Shown in pieces: positions 8,869 through 18,745 of a DNA stretch of 58,786 nt. The notes beneath the pieces are model-generated. The model saw only the letters and a program-made list of their open reading frames with translations. It did no database searches and was not told the origin of the DNA. Made by a program: the position numbers and the translations under genes. Every line of letters starts with the position of its first letter. Position 1 is the stretch's first letter. The stretch is from an uncultured Candidatus Saccharibacteria bacterium (GTDB lineage: Bacteria; Patescibacteriota; Minisyncoccia; Phycocordibacterales; UBA5272), in contig CAYWEW010000008.1 of NCBI GenBank assembly GCA_964457775.1, positions 1 to 58,786 of the forward strand. The letters run 5' to 3'.

Positions 8869-11183
8869 TTTGCAATATATGCTGGATCTTCTCCGTGTTC
8901 CTTGATATATACAAGATGCTCTTCAAGAAGTTTTTTATACTTATTATTTAAGTCAGTGGCCACATTATTAGAAATAACACCGTCTTTTTCTAATAAAGAT
9001 ACGGCTTCCATAACTAAATGAATACGACTGGTTTTATTTCTAACTTGCATATCAAACGGTGTTGTCGTTGAACCATGTTCAGTATAACCATGAACAAAGA
9101 AGCGGTTATGAGCACTCTTTTGGTCAAACAATTTCTGCTTAATAGTTTCTGGATATCCGTGGAAGTTAACAATTACTGGTTTGTCATGAGTAAAGTAATC
9201 ATCAAATCCTGAGAATGGAATATTCTTATTATTTGATCCGATTCCGGATGCAGTCAATTCAACAATGTTCACAAAACGAATTCTAACCTGTGGAATATCT
9301 TCTTTAAGCATTGTAATTGCAGCCAAAGACTCTTTTGTTAAATAATCCCCTACTGAACAAAATACAATATCTGGATTAGAATCAGATGCAAAATCCCAAA
9401 CCATAACCCCTCTATCAATTGCTTCTTTTGCTTCACGAAGTGTCAACCATTCTGGGAAGTCAGCTTTTCCTGAAACAATTGCATTCACTTCCTCTTTTGA
9501 TTCCAAACATTTCTTCATTGTAACAAGAGTCATATTACGATCTGCTGGGAAATAAACATGAACGAAAGGTCCGTGTTTTTGAAGAAGAGTATCTATAAAT
9601 CCTGGATTCTGATGAGAAAATCCATTGTGCTCCTGTGCCCAACCTGGAGAAGTAAGTATATAGTTAAGAGAAGCAACATGACCGCGCCAAGGAATTTCAC
9701 GAGCTACACGAATGAACTTAATATATTGATCAACCATACTTCCAATAATTTGAACAAAGGCTTCATAAGATGGAAACATTGCGTGACGTCCTGTTAAAAC
9801 ATATCCTTGCATCATTCCTTGTAATGAATGTTCTGATAACATTTCTATTACTCGCCCACTTCTTGCTAAGTCTTCATCGTGATCCATATGCGGCCAGACA
9901 AATGCACGCTTAGTTGCTCCGAATATTGCATCCAATTTGTTTGAATATGTTTCATCAGGTGAGAATATTCTAAAATTCTTTGAAGGTTCATTCATCTCAA
10001 TTACACGTTTAAGGTATGCCCCTGCTGCCTTCATATTACTAACAAGACCAGTACCTCTTTCAAAATTATCATTCAAGTTAGCATCTTCATCTACCTCTGG
10101 TAAGAAAAGATCATGACAAACTCCTTCACCACCAAAACATTGTCTATTATTTCCGATTCTTCTTTCTTCACGTGGAACAAGTGCCTTTATTTCATCAATA
10201 AATCCTGTTTCTTTGTTGAATAATTCATGGAATCTGTATGAACGTAACCATTCTTCAACAAGGCGTAATTCTTCTGGGTCAGTTTTTGCAAATGTTGCCA
10301 CAACTTGGTGAGACGCGAAGTTTCCTTCAATTTTCTTTCCATGCAATTCTTTAATACCTCCCTCACCTTTTAAGGTTGTAAGGATTATCATCGGCATACG
10401 TGGTGATACTGGGGAAGTTTTCTTAATCTCTTGAATTTCTTGATAACACTTTTCGAGTGTGTCTGACAAACGTTCATGTACACCATCTCCCCCATCAACG
10501 AAATATGGATGGTATCCGTATCCAGTAAATAATGAATTTAATTCCTCGTTAGACATACGACCATAAATAGTTGGACCAGAAATTTTATAACCATTACGAT
10601 GAAGAACTGGGAGAACAGTTCCATTGGTTGACGGGTCAACGAACTTGTTAAGGTGCCAAGCTGCAGCCATTGGGCCCGTTTCTGATTCACCATCCCCTAC
10701 CATAGCAACTGCAATCAAATTCGGATTATCAAGTGTCGCCCCATATGCAACAGATAATGAATATCCTAACTCACCTCCTTCAAGAATCGCCCCTGGTGTT
10801 CCAGGGTTAGTGTGACTTGGGAATCCATATGGCCAACTAAACGCCTTTGTCATTTTTTGTAAACCATCAAAATTCTGTGGAATGTCTGGATAATACTTTG
10901 AAAGAGTCCCTTCCATGAAAAGGTTTGCTTGAAGACCTGCGAATCCGTGCCCAGGCCCGAGAACAAACAGCATATCAATATCATGCTTCTGAACAAGAAC
11001 ATTTAAGTGAGCATACAGAAGATTAATACCAGGACATGTTCCCCAGTGGCCTAATAATCTTGGTTTAATATCATCAAACGATAGTGGTCTCTCTAATAAA
11101 AAGTTATCTTTTAAAAATATCTGGGCTGCAGAAAGATAATTCGCAGCACGCACGTATGCATCAAAGTTTTTGTCATTATTCAT
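8844..11183 (-). CDS. xfp: xylulose-5-phosphate/fructose-6-phosphate phosphoketolase
   Basis: 779 aa. GHWGTCPGINLLYAHLN, EGGELGYSLSVAYGA, GDGESETGP (ThDP motif). The 3' end overlaps ackA. Confidence 0.92.
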   Translation of the reverse strand: MNNDKNFDAYVRAANYLSAAQIFLKDNFLLERPLSFDDIKPRLLGHWGTCPGINLLYAHLNVLVQKHDIDMLFVLGPGHGFAGLQANLFMEGTLSKYYPDIPQNFDGLQKMTKAFSWPYGFPSHTNPGTPGAILEGGELGYSLSVAYGATLDNPNLIAVAMVGDGESETGPMAAAWHLNKFVDPSTNGTVLPVLHRNGYKISGPTIYGRMSNEELNSLFTGYGYHPYFVDGGDGVHERLSDTLEKCYQEIQEIKKTSPVSPRMPMIILTTLKGEGGIKELHGKKIEGNFASHQVVATFAKTDPEELRLVEEWLRSYRFHELFNKETGFIDEIKALVPREERRIGNNRQCFGGEGVCHDLFLPEVDEDANLNDNFERGTGLVSNMKAAGAYLKRVIEMNEPSKNFRIFSPDETYSNKLDAIFGATKRAFVWPHMDHDEDLARSGRVIEMLSEHSLQGMMQGYVLTGRHAMFPSYEAFVQIIGSMVDQYIKFIRVAREIPWRGHVASLNYILTSPGWAQEHNGFSHQNPGFIDTLLQKHGPFVHVYFPADRNMTLVTMKKCLESKEEVNAIVSGKADFPEWLTLREAKEAIDRGVMVWDFASDSNPDIVFCSVGDYLTKESLAAITMLKEDIPQVRIRFVNIVELTASGIGSNNKNIPFSGFDDYFTHDKPVIVNFHGYPETIKQKLFDQKSAHNRFFVHGYTEHGSTTTPFDMQVRNKTSRIHLVMEAVSLLEKDGVISNNVATDLNNKYKKLLEEHLVYIKEHGEDPAYIANWQWKKTS

Positions 11184-11275
11184 ATGTCACTAGTGTAACA
11201 TCCTTTCATTTGATTTTTTGTAGAATAAAATGAAACTGTGGACTTCTGAGGTAAATATAAAATCCTTAGACAGTT

Positions 11276-12793
11276 CTAAAAAGTACCAACTCCAGTATTT
11301 TCCATAATCCATGAAACTATTTTTTTGAAAGTTGACTCGTCCTTATATACGGAATAATCTGTTGTAAAAATCAAACCATCATTATCCCAAATATTTGAAA
11401 AATAATTAAAGGCGTCATTCCATGCATTAAATTTATATTGCCCAGTGACTAAAACATTTGTTTCAAGATTGTAACCCCCGATATTTCTTCTTGTATAATT
11501 CGCCGATCCAAGCATCATAGAATATTTATTATTCTGTGTAACAATCAACATCTTGCCGTGACACTGTTCTCCGTGTGTATCACACCACCTTACTTTAATT
11601 TTATTATCACTATTTCTGACCAATGAATCTGCTGTTTGTCTATTTGGTATTCCATTTTTTTCTCTTCCAAAGGCATCTTTATTTGGGTCAAGAATTGCAC
11701 GTACATTAACCCCTCTTTCTGCAGAATGAGTTAGTTCACGTATAATATCCCTATCAGAAATATAAAACATTAACAAATCTATTGAATCGCCTTTTTCTGT
11801 ACTTTTTATAAGAGAAACGACTTCTTTTTTAATAGCATTGTCTGTTATCAAACTTACATTAATATCTCCTTCCTCCATAATTTCTTCCTTAGAAAAAGGC
11901 TGCTGTGGATTTTTCCCTGAAAGATTCAGAATTTGTGTTTCACTCAAAATAACATCTCTTGCAAAGTTCCCCGTAACTTTAACTGCTACATTACTGTGGG
12001 AGCTTGATCCATCATGAGGATTCGCCGATAATACTAAACTTACAAAATTTACACTATTATTATTAAGCTCATCAGTTACAATTAATTTTCTATGATTAGC
12101 TTTAAAGTTAAGTAATGTTAAAAATGAACGCAGGGTAACATTTTCCCCACCAGAATTTATAATATTTGGAAAAACTCTAAAAGTATAATGTGAATCAAAT
12201 AAATAAGTATGTAGGTTGTCTATATTTTGAACAAAGATTCTCCAGAATGTAGAAAAGATTGGATTACTATCGCGTAATTCTGGTAGATTTGTAAATGTCA
12301 CATCAATACCAGCATTTTGCATTTCATCAAAAATCTTAGAAGTACCACCATAATATGAAATATTAATTGGGTCACTAATAACTTTTATAGTAATATCATG
12401 GTTGTTTTTCTTTTTAAGAATAAGTTCTTCTGCAAGCTCTTGAGCTATTCTTCTTTTGGTCGTGGTTGATTCCCCTAAATAATCATTCCATAGGAACATA
12501 TCAACAAGAACATAAGAATGTGCATTACGAACCATTTGTATAACTTCATCAAAAATCTGCTGGTTCGCAACCCTCTCCCCTTTATCATTTATATATGTTG
12601 TATCTTGCAGAAACTGCACCTGAGAATCTGACACCTTTCTTTTGTCCCATGATTTATTAATACCTTCAGGAAGTGGTTTCCAAACATTCCAAATACCCAC
12701 AGATAAAATTATTGCTATAAATAATATTTTTAAATAAGATTTATATGTAAAAAAAATACCCTTAGATGTTCTTGTTGATTTTGTTTTATGCAT
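11276..12793 (-). CDS. phospholipase D / cardiolipin synthase-like protein (two HKD motifs), N-terminal membrane anchor
   Basis: HRKLIVTD and HGKMLIV....LGSANYTRRN give two HxK(x)4D motifs. N-terminal TM helix. Confidence 0.75.
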   Translation of the reverse strand: MHKTKSTRTSKGIFFTYKSYLKILFIAIILSVGIWNVWKPLPEGINKSWDKRKVSDSQVQFLQDTTYINDKGERVANQQIFDEVIQMVRNAHSYVLVDMFLWNDYLGESTTTKRRIAQELAEELILKKKNNHDITIKVISDPINISYYGGTSKIFDEMQNAGIDVTFTNLPELRDSNPIFSTFWRIFVQNIDNLHTYLFDSHYTFRVFPNIINSGGENVTLRSFLTLLNFKANHRKLIVTDELNNNSVNFVSLVLSANPHDGSSSHSNVAVKVTGNFARDVILSETQILNLSGKNPQQPFSKEEIMEEGDINVSLITDNAIKKEVVSLIKSTEKGDSIDLLMFYISDRDIIRELTHSAERGVNVRAILDPNKDAFGREKNGIPNRQTADSLVRNSDNKIKVRWCDTHGEQCHGKMLIVTQNNKYSMMLGSANYTRRNIGGYNLETNVLVTGQYKFNAWNDAFNYFSNIWDNDGLIFTTDYSVYKDESTFKKIVSWIMENTGVGTF

Positions 12794-12878
12794 GTATATA
12801 AAATACTATCTATAAAGTATAGCAATTATATTAAAATACACATGTATTCATAAAATTAAGAATGGGGTGAATGTATAA

Positions 12879-13370
12879 TTACTGACCTATCAGCATATTT
12901 TGATTGTATCTTGATCCATTATGTACATCTCCATAATCTTTCATCATACCTCTCATATGCCCCCTGCGAGCAAGGTTGTCGTGCAAACCTATACTATCGA
13001 TAAATAATCCAGTTGCAATTACAGCAATAACAATGGATGCAATAATCAGTGGGTAATTTTTTTTATAAGAAAAATCATATTGACGTAATAACCATACCCC
13101 CACACATAAAGAGATAACTGCCAGAATTGGTACCCACAAAGGAAAGCTTTCTATCATTTGTTCGAAACGATAACTACCCATCCCTCCATGAGACCGAATA
13201 GAGAATCGTATCAACCCAACCAAAAAAACTGATGTTGCAAGTGAAAAAACCAAACCAAAAAATGTAAGTAAAGAACCCATAACAAAATATATTTTTGGTC
13301 GCATCTTTACTTCACCATGATGGATTTTTCCCATAACACTTTCTGTAATATTTTTTAATTCTTTTGACAT
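12879..13370 (-). CDS. membrane protein, candidate anti-sigma partner
   Basis: 163 aa, 4 predicted TM helices. Overlaps the 3' end of the sigma-factor gene by 16 nt (translational coupling). Confidence 0.35.
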   Translation of the reverse strand: MSKELKNITESVMGKIHHGEVKMRPKIYFVMGSLLTFFGLVFSLATSVFLVGLIRFSIRSHGGMGSYRFEQMIESFPLWVPILAVISLCVGVWLLRQYDFSYKKNYPLIIASIVIAVIATGLFIDSIGLHDNLARRGHMRGMMKDYGDVHNGSRYNQNMLIGQ

Positions 13371-13897
13371 ATATGTTTCATTGCTAATTTTGCCCTACTA
13401 ATACGTGTAGCTACTGTCCCCATTGGTATTCTTAATATATCACTAATTTCTTCGTATGTTTTTTCATCAAGATAATATAGACTCAGCGGTTCAGAATAAA
13501 GTACAGGTATTTTCCCTAAACATTTTTCTATCTTAATGAGATTTTCTTTTTGTTCAAAATCTTTTGTAATATCTTCTTCGCTTGCAAAATCAAAACCTTC
13601 TGGCATCTGTATTTCTTTTTTATATTTTTTAATATTATTCATTGCTTCGTTGTGAACAATGCGATATATCCAACTTGAAAACTTTTTTTTGGAGTCGAAT
13701 CCGTGCAAATTCACAAATGCTTTGATAAATGAATTCTGCACTATATCTAGTGCTACATCTTCATCATGAACAAGGTGTGTAGCATATCTCATGAGCTTAC
13801 TTTGATATCTTTCAAGAATAACGGAATACAACTCCTGATCGGCTGATATGACTTTTTCTACAATTTCTTCATCTGAGAGATTTTTGGTAATATTCAT
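13355..13897 (-). CDS. ECF-type sigma-70 family RNA polymerase sigma factor
   Basis: 180 aa. Region 2 (DIVQNSFIKAF...FSSWIYRIVHNEAMN) and region 4 HTH (YEEISDILRIPMGTVATRISRA). Confidence 0.8.
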   Translation of the reverse strand: MNITKNLSDEEIVEKVISADQELYSVILERYQSKLMRYATHLVHDEDVALDIVQNSFIKAFVNLHGFDSKKKFSSWIYRIVHNEAMNNIKKYKKEIQMPEGFDFASEEDITKDFEQKENLIKIEKCLGKIPVLYSEPLSLYYLDEKTYEEISDILRIPMGTVATRISRAKLAMKHICQKN

Positions 13898-13979
13898 AAA
13901 TTAATTATCTCACGTATGGCCACACCTTTTATACTATACAACTCCGACAAATGTCGGAGTGTATATACTTAAAAATATT

Positions 13980-14339
13980 TTAGCGATGCATTCCTCTACC
14001 CATTCCTTTTCCTGTTCCGTCATGAAGACCTAATCCTAATTCTTGACGTATCTTTTGTGCTTCGGCTACCTTACCTTGTTGCATTAAGGTGTGCATCTCA
14101 GCAAATTTTGCAAAATTATCCTTAGTAACAACCTGAGAGACTCTTCCCTTTCCTTCCATAAGCTTTTTCCATGATTCGTAATCTTTACTTGCAAAAGCTT
14201 TTGTCATAGCCTCATGACGTGAAGGAGAATAATTTGGACCCTTAACATTCACATCTCCTCTATATGCAGAAACAGTTCCCAATGAAACCCCGAGCACACC
14301 TAAACTAATGAGTAGTGTTCCTAATGTTGTTTTTTTCAT
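13980..14339 (-). CDS. secreted small protein (hypothetical)
   Basis: 119 aa with a signal peptide (MKKTTLGTLLISLGVLGVSLGTVSA). Helical, with a Gly/Met/His-rich tail. Confidence 0.4.
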   Translation of the reverse strand: MKKTTLGTLLISLGVLGVSLGTVSAYRGDVNVKGPNYSPSRHEAMTKAFASKDYESWKKLMEGKGRVSQVVTKDNFAKFAEMHTLMQQGKVAEAQKIRQELGLGLHDGTGKGMGRGMHR

Positions 14340-14420
14340 AGTGTAAATATAAAGATTATTTGTAGTTATGTATAAAGATAACCTCTATATATGTACTACA
14401 ACCTGCACGCTAATTTTCTT

Positions 14421-14810
14421 TCATTTAAGTAGCTCTGGTGAAGATACTATTCCCCCTTGTAGTTCATAGATATTTGTAAAACCATGTTCCTTCATAAGAG
14501 AGACAGCCTTACCCGATCTATTCCCAGAACGACAATAGACAAAATATGTCTTAGTATTATCTAATTTTTTAATATTTGATACAAATGACTGGTTCTGAAA
14601 ATCAATGTTTGTAGCTGACTGTATGTGCCCAGATGTAAACTCTTCTGGAGTTCTTACGTCAAGAAGTGTAGAGTTTTGGGCAGTATTATATTTTTCAATA
14701 AAATCTTTTCCGATGAGCTTTGTTGCACTACTTGCTGGGGTTATCATCATCAACACGGAAACAATAAGTACAAGAGCAGAACCAATAATTATATATGTTT
14801 TATTTTTCAT
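14421..14810 (-). CDS. rhodanese-domain sulfurtransferase with signal/anchor sequence
   Basis: LLDVRTPEEF..GHI and the active-site loop CRSGNRS. Confidence 0.8.
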   Translation of the reverse strand: MKNKTYIIIGSALVLIVSVLMMITPASSATKLIGKDFIEKYNTAQNSTLLDVRTPEEFTSGHIQSATNIDFQNQSFVSNIKKLDNTKTYFVYCRSGNRSGKAVSLMKEHGFTNIYELQGGIVSSPELLK

Positions 14811-14822
14811 AAAATATTATAT

Positions 14823-15103
14823 TTATTCGTTAATCAACTTCTCAAAAACTTCTGGCTGAAATCCAACAATAATCTTGCCTCCAATATCGATAACAGGTAC
14901 ACCGTCCGATTTTTATGCGTAAAAATCGTGTCGAAATTAACAAATTTCGGCATAGATAAATATGACATTTCCTGCGCAGCTACTCTATCTATTCCGACAT
15001 TTTTATCTTCATATGAAACACCCATCTTAGTAAAATAGTTTTTTGCCATTGTACAATAATGACATGTTGGTGTTGAATACACGAGAATCTTTTTTGTAGT
15101 CAT
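14823..15103 (-). pseudogene. glutaredoxin/NrdH-like thioredoxin-fold gene, frameshifted
   Basis: The N-terminus KILVYSTPTCHYCTMAKNYF (CxxC) is in one frame. The canonical C-terminus KSDGVPVIDIGGKIIVGFQPEVFEKLINE is intact in another frame. One extra base in the T5 run at 14910-14914 would restore it. Confidence 0.65.
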
Positions 15104-15113
15104 GTTTATATAA

Positions 15114-15422
15114 TTAAGCTAATTTATTTTTTAATGAATGCCACCCGCCTCCATTGTGAACATTAGTATAACCAAGTGCTTCGAGTGCATTTTTTGCTAT
15201 ACCACTTCTATTTCCTGATGCACAAAAAACAATAATAGAACTATCTTTGTTTCCAAATTTTTTAAGATTAACGGGCAAAACATCCAGTGGAATATTAATA
15301 GCTCCATCAACACTAATAATATCGAACTCTTCCTTGCTACGAACATCTACAAGTAAAGCCCCTTGTTTAACTAACTCTTTGTAGTTAACCTCCTCTTTTT
15401 TTCCAAATAATTTATGTAACAT
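15114..15422 (-). CDS. single-domain rhodanese sulfurtransferase
   Basis: 102 aa. LVDVRSKEEF, active-site loop CASGNRS. Confidence 0.8.
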   Translation of the reverse strand: MLHKLFGKKEEVNYKELVKQGALLVDVRSKEEFDIISVDGAINIPLDVLPVNLKKFGNKDSSIIVFCASGNRSGIAKNALEALGYTNVHNGGGWHSLKNKLA

Positions 15423-15437
15423 ATTCTTATGTATTTA

Positions 15438-15704
15438 CTACGATAATTTTATTAATTCCTTAGCAACCTCTAAAACTTTTTTATTTTTAATACTATATAC
15501 CTGTTGCTTGCCTTCTCTTTTACAAATAACCACTCCGCAATCTTTTAAGATTTTCAAATGTTGAGAAAGGGCCGATTGTGATAATTCACACCTAGAAAGC
15601 AATTCAGTAACATTCTTTTCTTTTTCAAGACAAATTAATAATTTAACCCTATTTTCATTGGAAAATGCACGATACATGTCATTTTTATTCTTTTTATTTT
15701 CCAT
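15438..15704 (-). CDS. ArsR/SmtB-family transcriptional regulator
   Basis: 88 aa winged HTH. NENRVKLLICL...ELSQSALSQHLKILKDCGVV. Confidence 0.8.
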   Translation of the reverse strand: MENKKNKNDMYRAFSNENRVKLLICLEKEKNVTELLSRCELSQSALSQHLKILKDCGVVICKREGKQQVYSIKNKKVLEVAKELIKLS

Positions 15705-15745
15705 AGTTTCATATTAGCATATGCTAATATGAAATGCAACACCCA

Positions 15746-16348
15746 CTACTTAAAAATACAGTTTATTTTGTGGCCACTATGAAATTCAAATCTTCTTAAT
15801 GAATTAACGTCATCTTCTTCTATTTCTAGTGTTGGAAAATAATCATCAACATTTCCTGATAAAATTACTTTTCCAAATGAGCTACATCGTGCCTCATAAA
15901 CATCATCAGCAACGGCTGGTGCATAAAAAATTTTATCCCCTCTTTTAAAGAAAATTTTTTCTGTTACTGGCTGGACTACGTCTTGAATTCCATACTTCAA
16001 ATTTTTTGCTTTCAATCGTATAGTAATTCCACCTCTTGTGACAAAATAAATAGAGTCTGACTCCAATTTATATTCAGGAACATCTCCATCTTTAAATGAC
16101 GAACTTGTAGAAAACTTTTTATCAAAGCAAGATTCTAAGGAAAGTAGTTCGACTAATTCAATAAATTTAATTTTTAAAAATTCATCAAAATCATTACCGT
16201 GTCTTCTGCTTTCTTCCACAGCTTGTGAAATAAATTCATTCACTTTTTTCATAACTTCAAAAACTTCTAAAATTTCCTTCTTTCTTGCTTCAAATTTAGT
16301 AACTTCTCGTTGTTCTATTTGATGAGGTTGAATGTTTAAGTTTTCCAT
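15746..16348 (-). CDS. hypothetical protein
   Basis: 200-aa ORF, last gene of a tightly spaced four-gene minus-strand block. No motif recognised. Confidence 0.45.
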   Translation of the reverse strand: MENLNIQPHQIEQREVTKFEARKKEILEVFEVMKKVNEFISQAVEESRRHGNDFDEFLKIKFIELVELLSLESCFDKKFSTSSSFKDGDVPEYKLESDSIYFVTRGGITIRLKAKNLKYGIQDVVQPVTEKIFFKRGDKIFYAPAVADDVYEARCSSFGKVILSGNVDDYFPTLEIEEDDVNSLRRFEFHSGHKINCIFK

Positions 16349-16385
16349 ATGTTGATTACATAATATGATTTTATTATTTATGCTA

Positions 16386-16829
16386 TTAATTTTGAAGTTC
16401 TGATCTAATTTTCATCCAAACTTTTCCTAATTCATTTCTACCCTTAAAATCAATACCCCTGCCCCAAAAAGAATCCTTGTGTGAGTTTTCAATTATTTCT
16501 CTATTTTCTGAATTAAGAAGTTTTTCTTTTATATATGGATGGGCTTGTATTTTCGCTCTAATAATATCTTCCATTATGGAAATTTTTATTTTGTCCCAAT
16601 TGTTTCTTATTTTGTCATTGTATGTGTGTGCAATTTTTTTAGATTCATGTGCAGAAAGTGATTTATGAATTAAATCAATAATATCTTTATCATCAAATTT
16701 TGCAGCCTGATAAGCATGTTCAGCTGTCATCCAAATTAATCCATTATATGGGAAGGAGAAAGACGAAAAATTAGAAAGCATATAATACTCTTCTTCATAA
16801 AATAAAATTGCATCGTCTTTTTTACTCAT
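16386..16829 (-). CDS. NADAR (YbiA/DUF1768) family protein
   Basis: FYEEEYYMLSNFSSFSF...WMTAEHAYQAAKF...SFWG, typical NADAR signature blocks. Confidence 0.8.
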   Translation of the reverse strand: MSKKDDAILFYEEEYYMLSNFSSFSFPYNGLIWMTAEHAYQAAKFDDKDIIDLIHKSLSAHESKKIAHTYNDKIRNNWDKIKISIMEDIIRAKIQAHPYIKEKLLNSENREIIENSHKDSFWGRGIDFKGRNELGKVWMKIRSELQN

Positions 16830-16862
16830 TTATATAGTATACCAAACCTCTAAGATAATAAA

Positions 16863-17951
16863 TTATTGTGTATTCTTTGCAAGTAAATCCCTAACATAAA
16901 CAAGTGCTACAACATACATACTTTCTGCCCAACCTAGAGGATTATTATCATTAGCTTTATCAGTATGTGAATACCACAGTTCAGGTATAAGACCATCTTT
17001 ATCGATTGTCTTTCCTGCTCTTTCTAAGTAGTCTTCTGCTTTTTCAAGATTACCCATTCGCGCATAAATAATTGCAAGCCATGCGAGTCCCATAGACCAT
17101 TCTGCCTCCTCACTATAACCATCTTTATTCTTATTATAATATCTGTCATTTCGATATCGTATTACACCCATATCTCGAGTAAGGAAATATTCTACATTTG
17201 AAAGTATAATTTCTGTCTCTTCTTTTGTTGTAACTTCAAATGGGAAAATAAGTGTGAGAAGCGCGAGATCACAAAAACGATTAGATGTTTCTCTTGGTAA
17301 AAGATTGCGCAATGTCTCCTCACCTCTTTCTATCATTCCCTCTGGGATAGTTACATATGATAATTTTGAAGCACACTTAAGTGCACAGACAACAGAACCA
17401 ATTGAAGAAGCTCTGACTTCTTGATTCTCTTCCCAAATACCTGAATCTTCATCCTTCCAATACTCAATATTATTCAAATAATTAACAAGCATCTGTACAA
17501 GTTCTTTTTCTTCATCTGTCTCCACAACATTATGTCCAGAAGTTTCGCAATCTGCAATAAGATACAGAACTTCACCAACGGCATCATTTTGTTTATTCCC
17601 CCACTCCTCCCAATATTCATCAAATGTTTCTGGATTATAGCGTGCGTGTATATACTGATAAGTTGCATATGGCGGCCTATTAGTTGCAGCCCAAGTTATT
17701 TTTTCTTTATGCTTTGCAAGAATTTGAAGAAGTGCTTTTGCTGTGTCTTTTACAACATCCATTTCACCTGTGTACTTAAATCCAAGTGTCATGAAATAAA
17801 TATCACGTAACCATGCTTTGTTATAACCAGTAGTTACATCAGATGCTGACGCGGTGAATAATCCAGTTGGGGCGCGAAGTTTCCTAACTTGATCTAAGTG
17901 CCACTTAATCGCAGATTCGAAATTGAAATTATTAAAAGAGCTAGTAGACAT
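16863..17951 (-). CDS. glycoside hydrolase family 15-like (alpha/alpha)6-barrel protein
   Basis: YNKAWLRDIYF, DSGIWEENQEVRASSIG, NPLGWAESMYV resemble GH15 glucoamylase catalytic-domain blocks. Confidence 0.65.
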   Translation of the reverse strand: MSTSSFNNFNFESAIKWHLDQVRKLRAPTGLFTASASDVTTGYNKAWLRDIYFMTLGFKYTGEMDVVKDTAKALLQILAKHKEKITWAATNRPPYATYQYIHARYNPETFDEYWEEWGNKQNDAVGEVLYLIADCETSGHNVVETDEEKELVQMLVNYLNNIEYWKDEDSGIWEENQEVRASSIGSVVCALKCASKLSYVTIPEGMIERGEETLRNLLPRETSNRFCDLALLTLIFPFEVTTKEETEIILSNVEYFLTRDMGVIRYRNDRYYNKNKDGYSEEAEWSMGLAWLAIIYARMGNLEKAEDYLERAGKTIDKDGLIPELWYSHTDKANDNNPLGWAESMYVVALVYVRDLLAKNTQ

Positions 17952-17962
17952 GATTTTTTATT

Positions 17963-18325
17963 TTATGCAGTGACTAAATATTTTTCATCACCACTTCTAG
18001 ATAATAATTTTTTTACTGCATCAGGCACTAATCTTGTAATTTCGCCTTCCCTTTTTCCAAGTTCTTCTTGTAATTCAAAATATTCAACCAATTTTGCAGC
18101 AGCTTGTTCCAAACGATAATCTTTCCCTTTGACTTCCTCTAGAAACTTCCTAGACGCTTCAACTTTATTATCACTTTCTTGAATAAGAAACATTACTCTA
18201 TCCAAAGCTCCCTGCATTGCAGATACCCTTTCTTGATATATCTTTGTTGGCAATTTTTCTTGTTGTATTGTTTCCATAATGATTAGAGTATACACCAAAT
18301 TATAAAACGCAACTACATTGTACAA
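17963..18325 (-). CDS. hypothetical coiled-coil protein
   Basis: 120-aa ORF. The likely true start is the internal METIQQEK (18277). Confidence 0.4.
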   Translation of the reverse strand: MYNVVAFYNLVYTLIIMETIQQEKLPTKIYQERVSAMQGALDRVMFLIQESDNKVEASRKFLEEVKGKDYRLEQAAAKLVEYFELQEELGKREGEITRLVPDAVKKLLSRSGDEKYLVTA

Positions 18326-18354
18326 ATAACCAAAAAGTCTTATTTCAGAATGAA

Positions 18355-18723
18355 TTATTTTTTAGGAAACCAAGGGAAAAATGCTTTTGTTTTGGACTTA
18401 TAAATCTGAAAATCTTTATTATCATCATATTTTTTCTCTAACATTGGAATACCTGATACATAAAGAATAAGAAAAGTTATTGTTAATGGTGACACAAGGA
18501 AAACAAGGTTAATAAAAATTGCATTTGAAAATGAAACAGTTGTCAAAAATATACCCCACCAAAAAGTCACTTCACCAAAATAATTTGGGTGTCTTGAATA
18601 CCTCCATAAACCAGTTTGCATAATTCCTCCTGTTTTTTGTTTAATAAAATCTGTTAATTGATAATCCGCAACTGTTTCAAAAGTTAAAACAAATAACTGC
18701 AAGAATTGATGAAGCAATACCAA
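18355..18723 (-). pseudogene. DUF1295 / steroid-5-alpha-reductase-like membrane protein, C-terminal remnant
   Basis: ADYQL..F......GGIMQTGLWRYSRHPNYFGEVTFWWG is the conserved C-terminal half of the family. TTG start right after an in-frame stop and a 9-nt homopolymer. There is no room for the N-terminal half. Confidence 0.5.
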
Positions 18724-18745
18724 AAAAAAATTTTACTTCCATATA

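Noticed and set aside
14907-14949. The two hairpins in the glutaredoxin-like gene as a MITE insertion causing the frameshift
   Set aside because: The reading frame is restored by a single base in the adjacent homopolymer, without removing the hairpin segment. There are no terminal repeats or target duplication.
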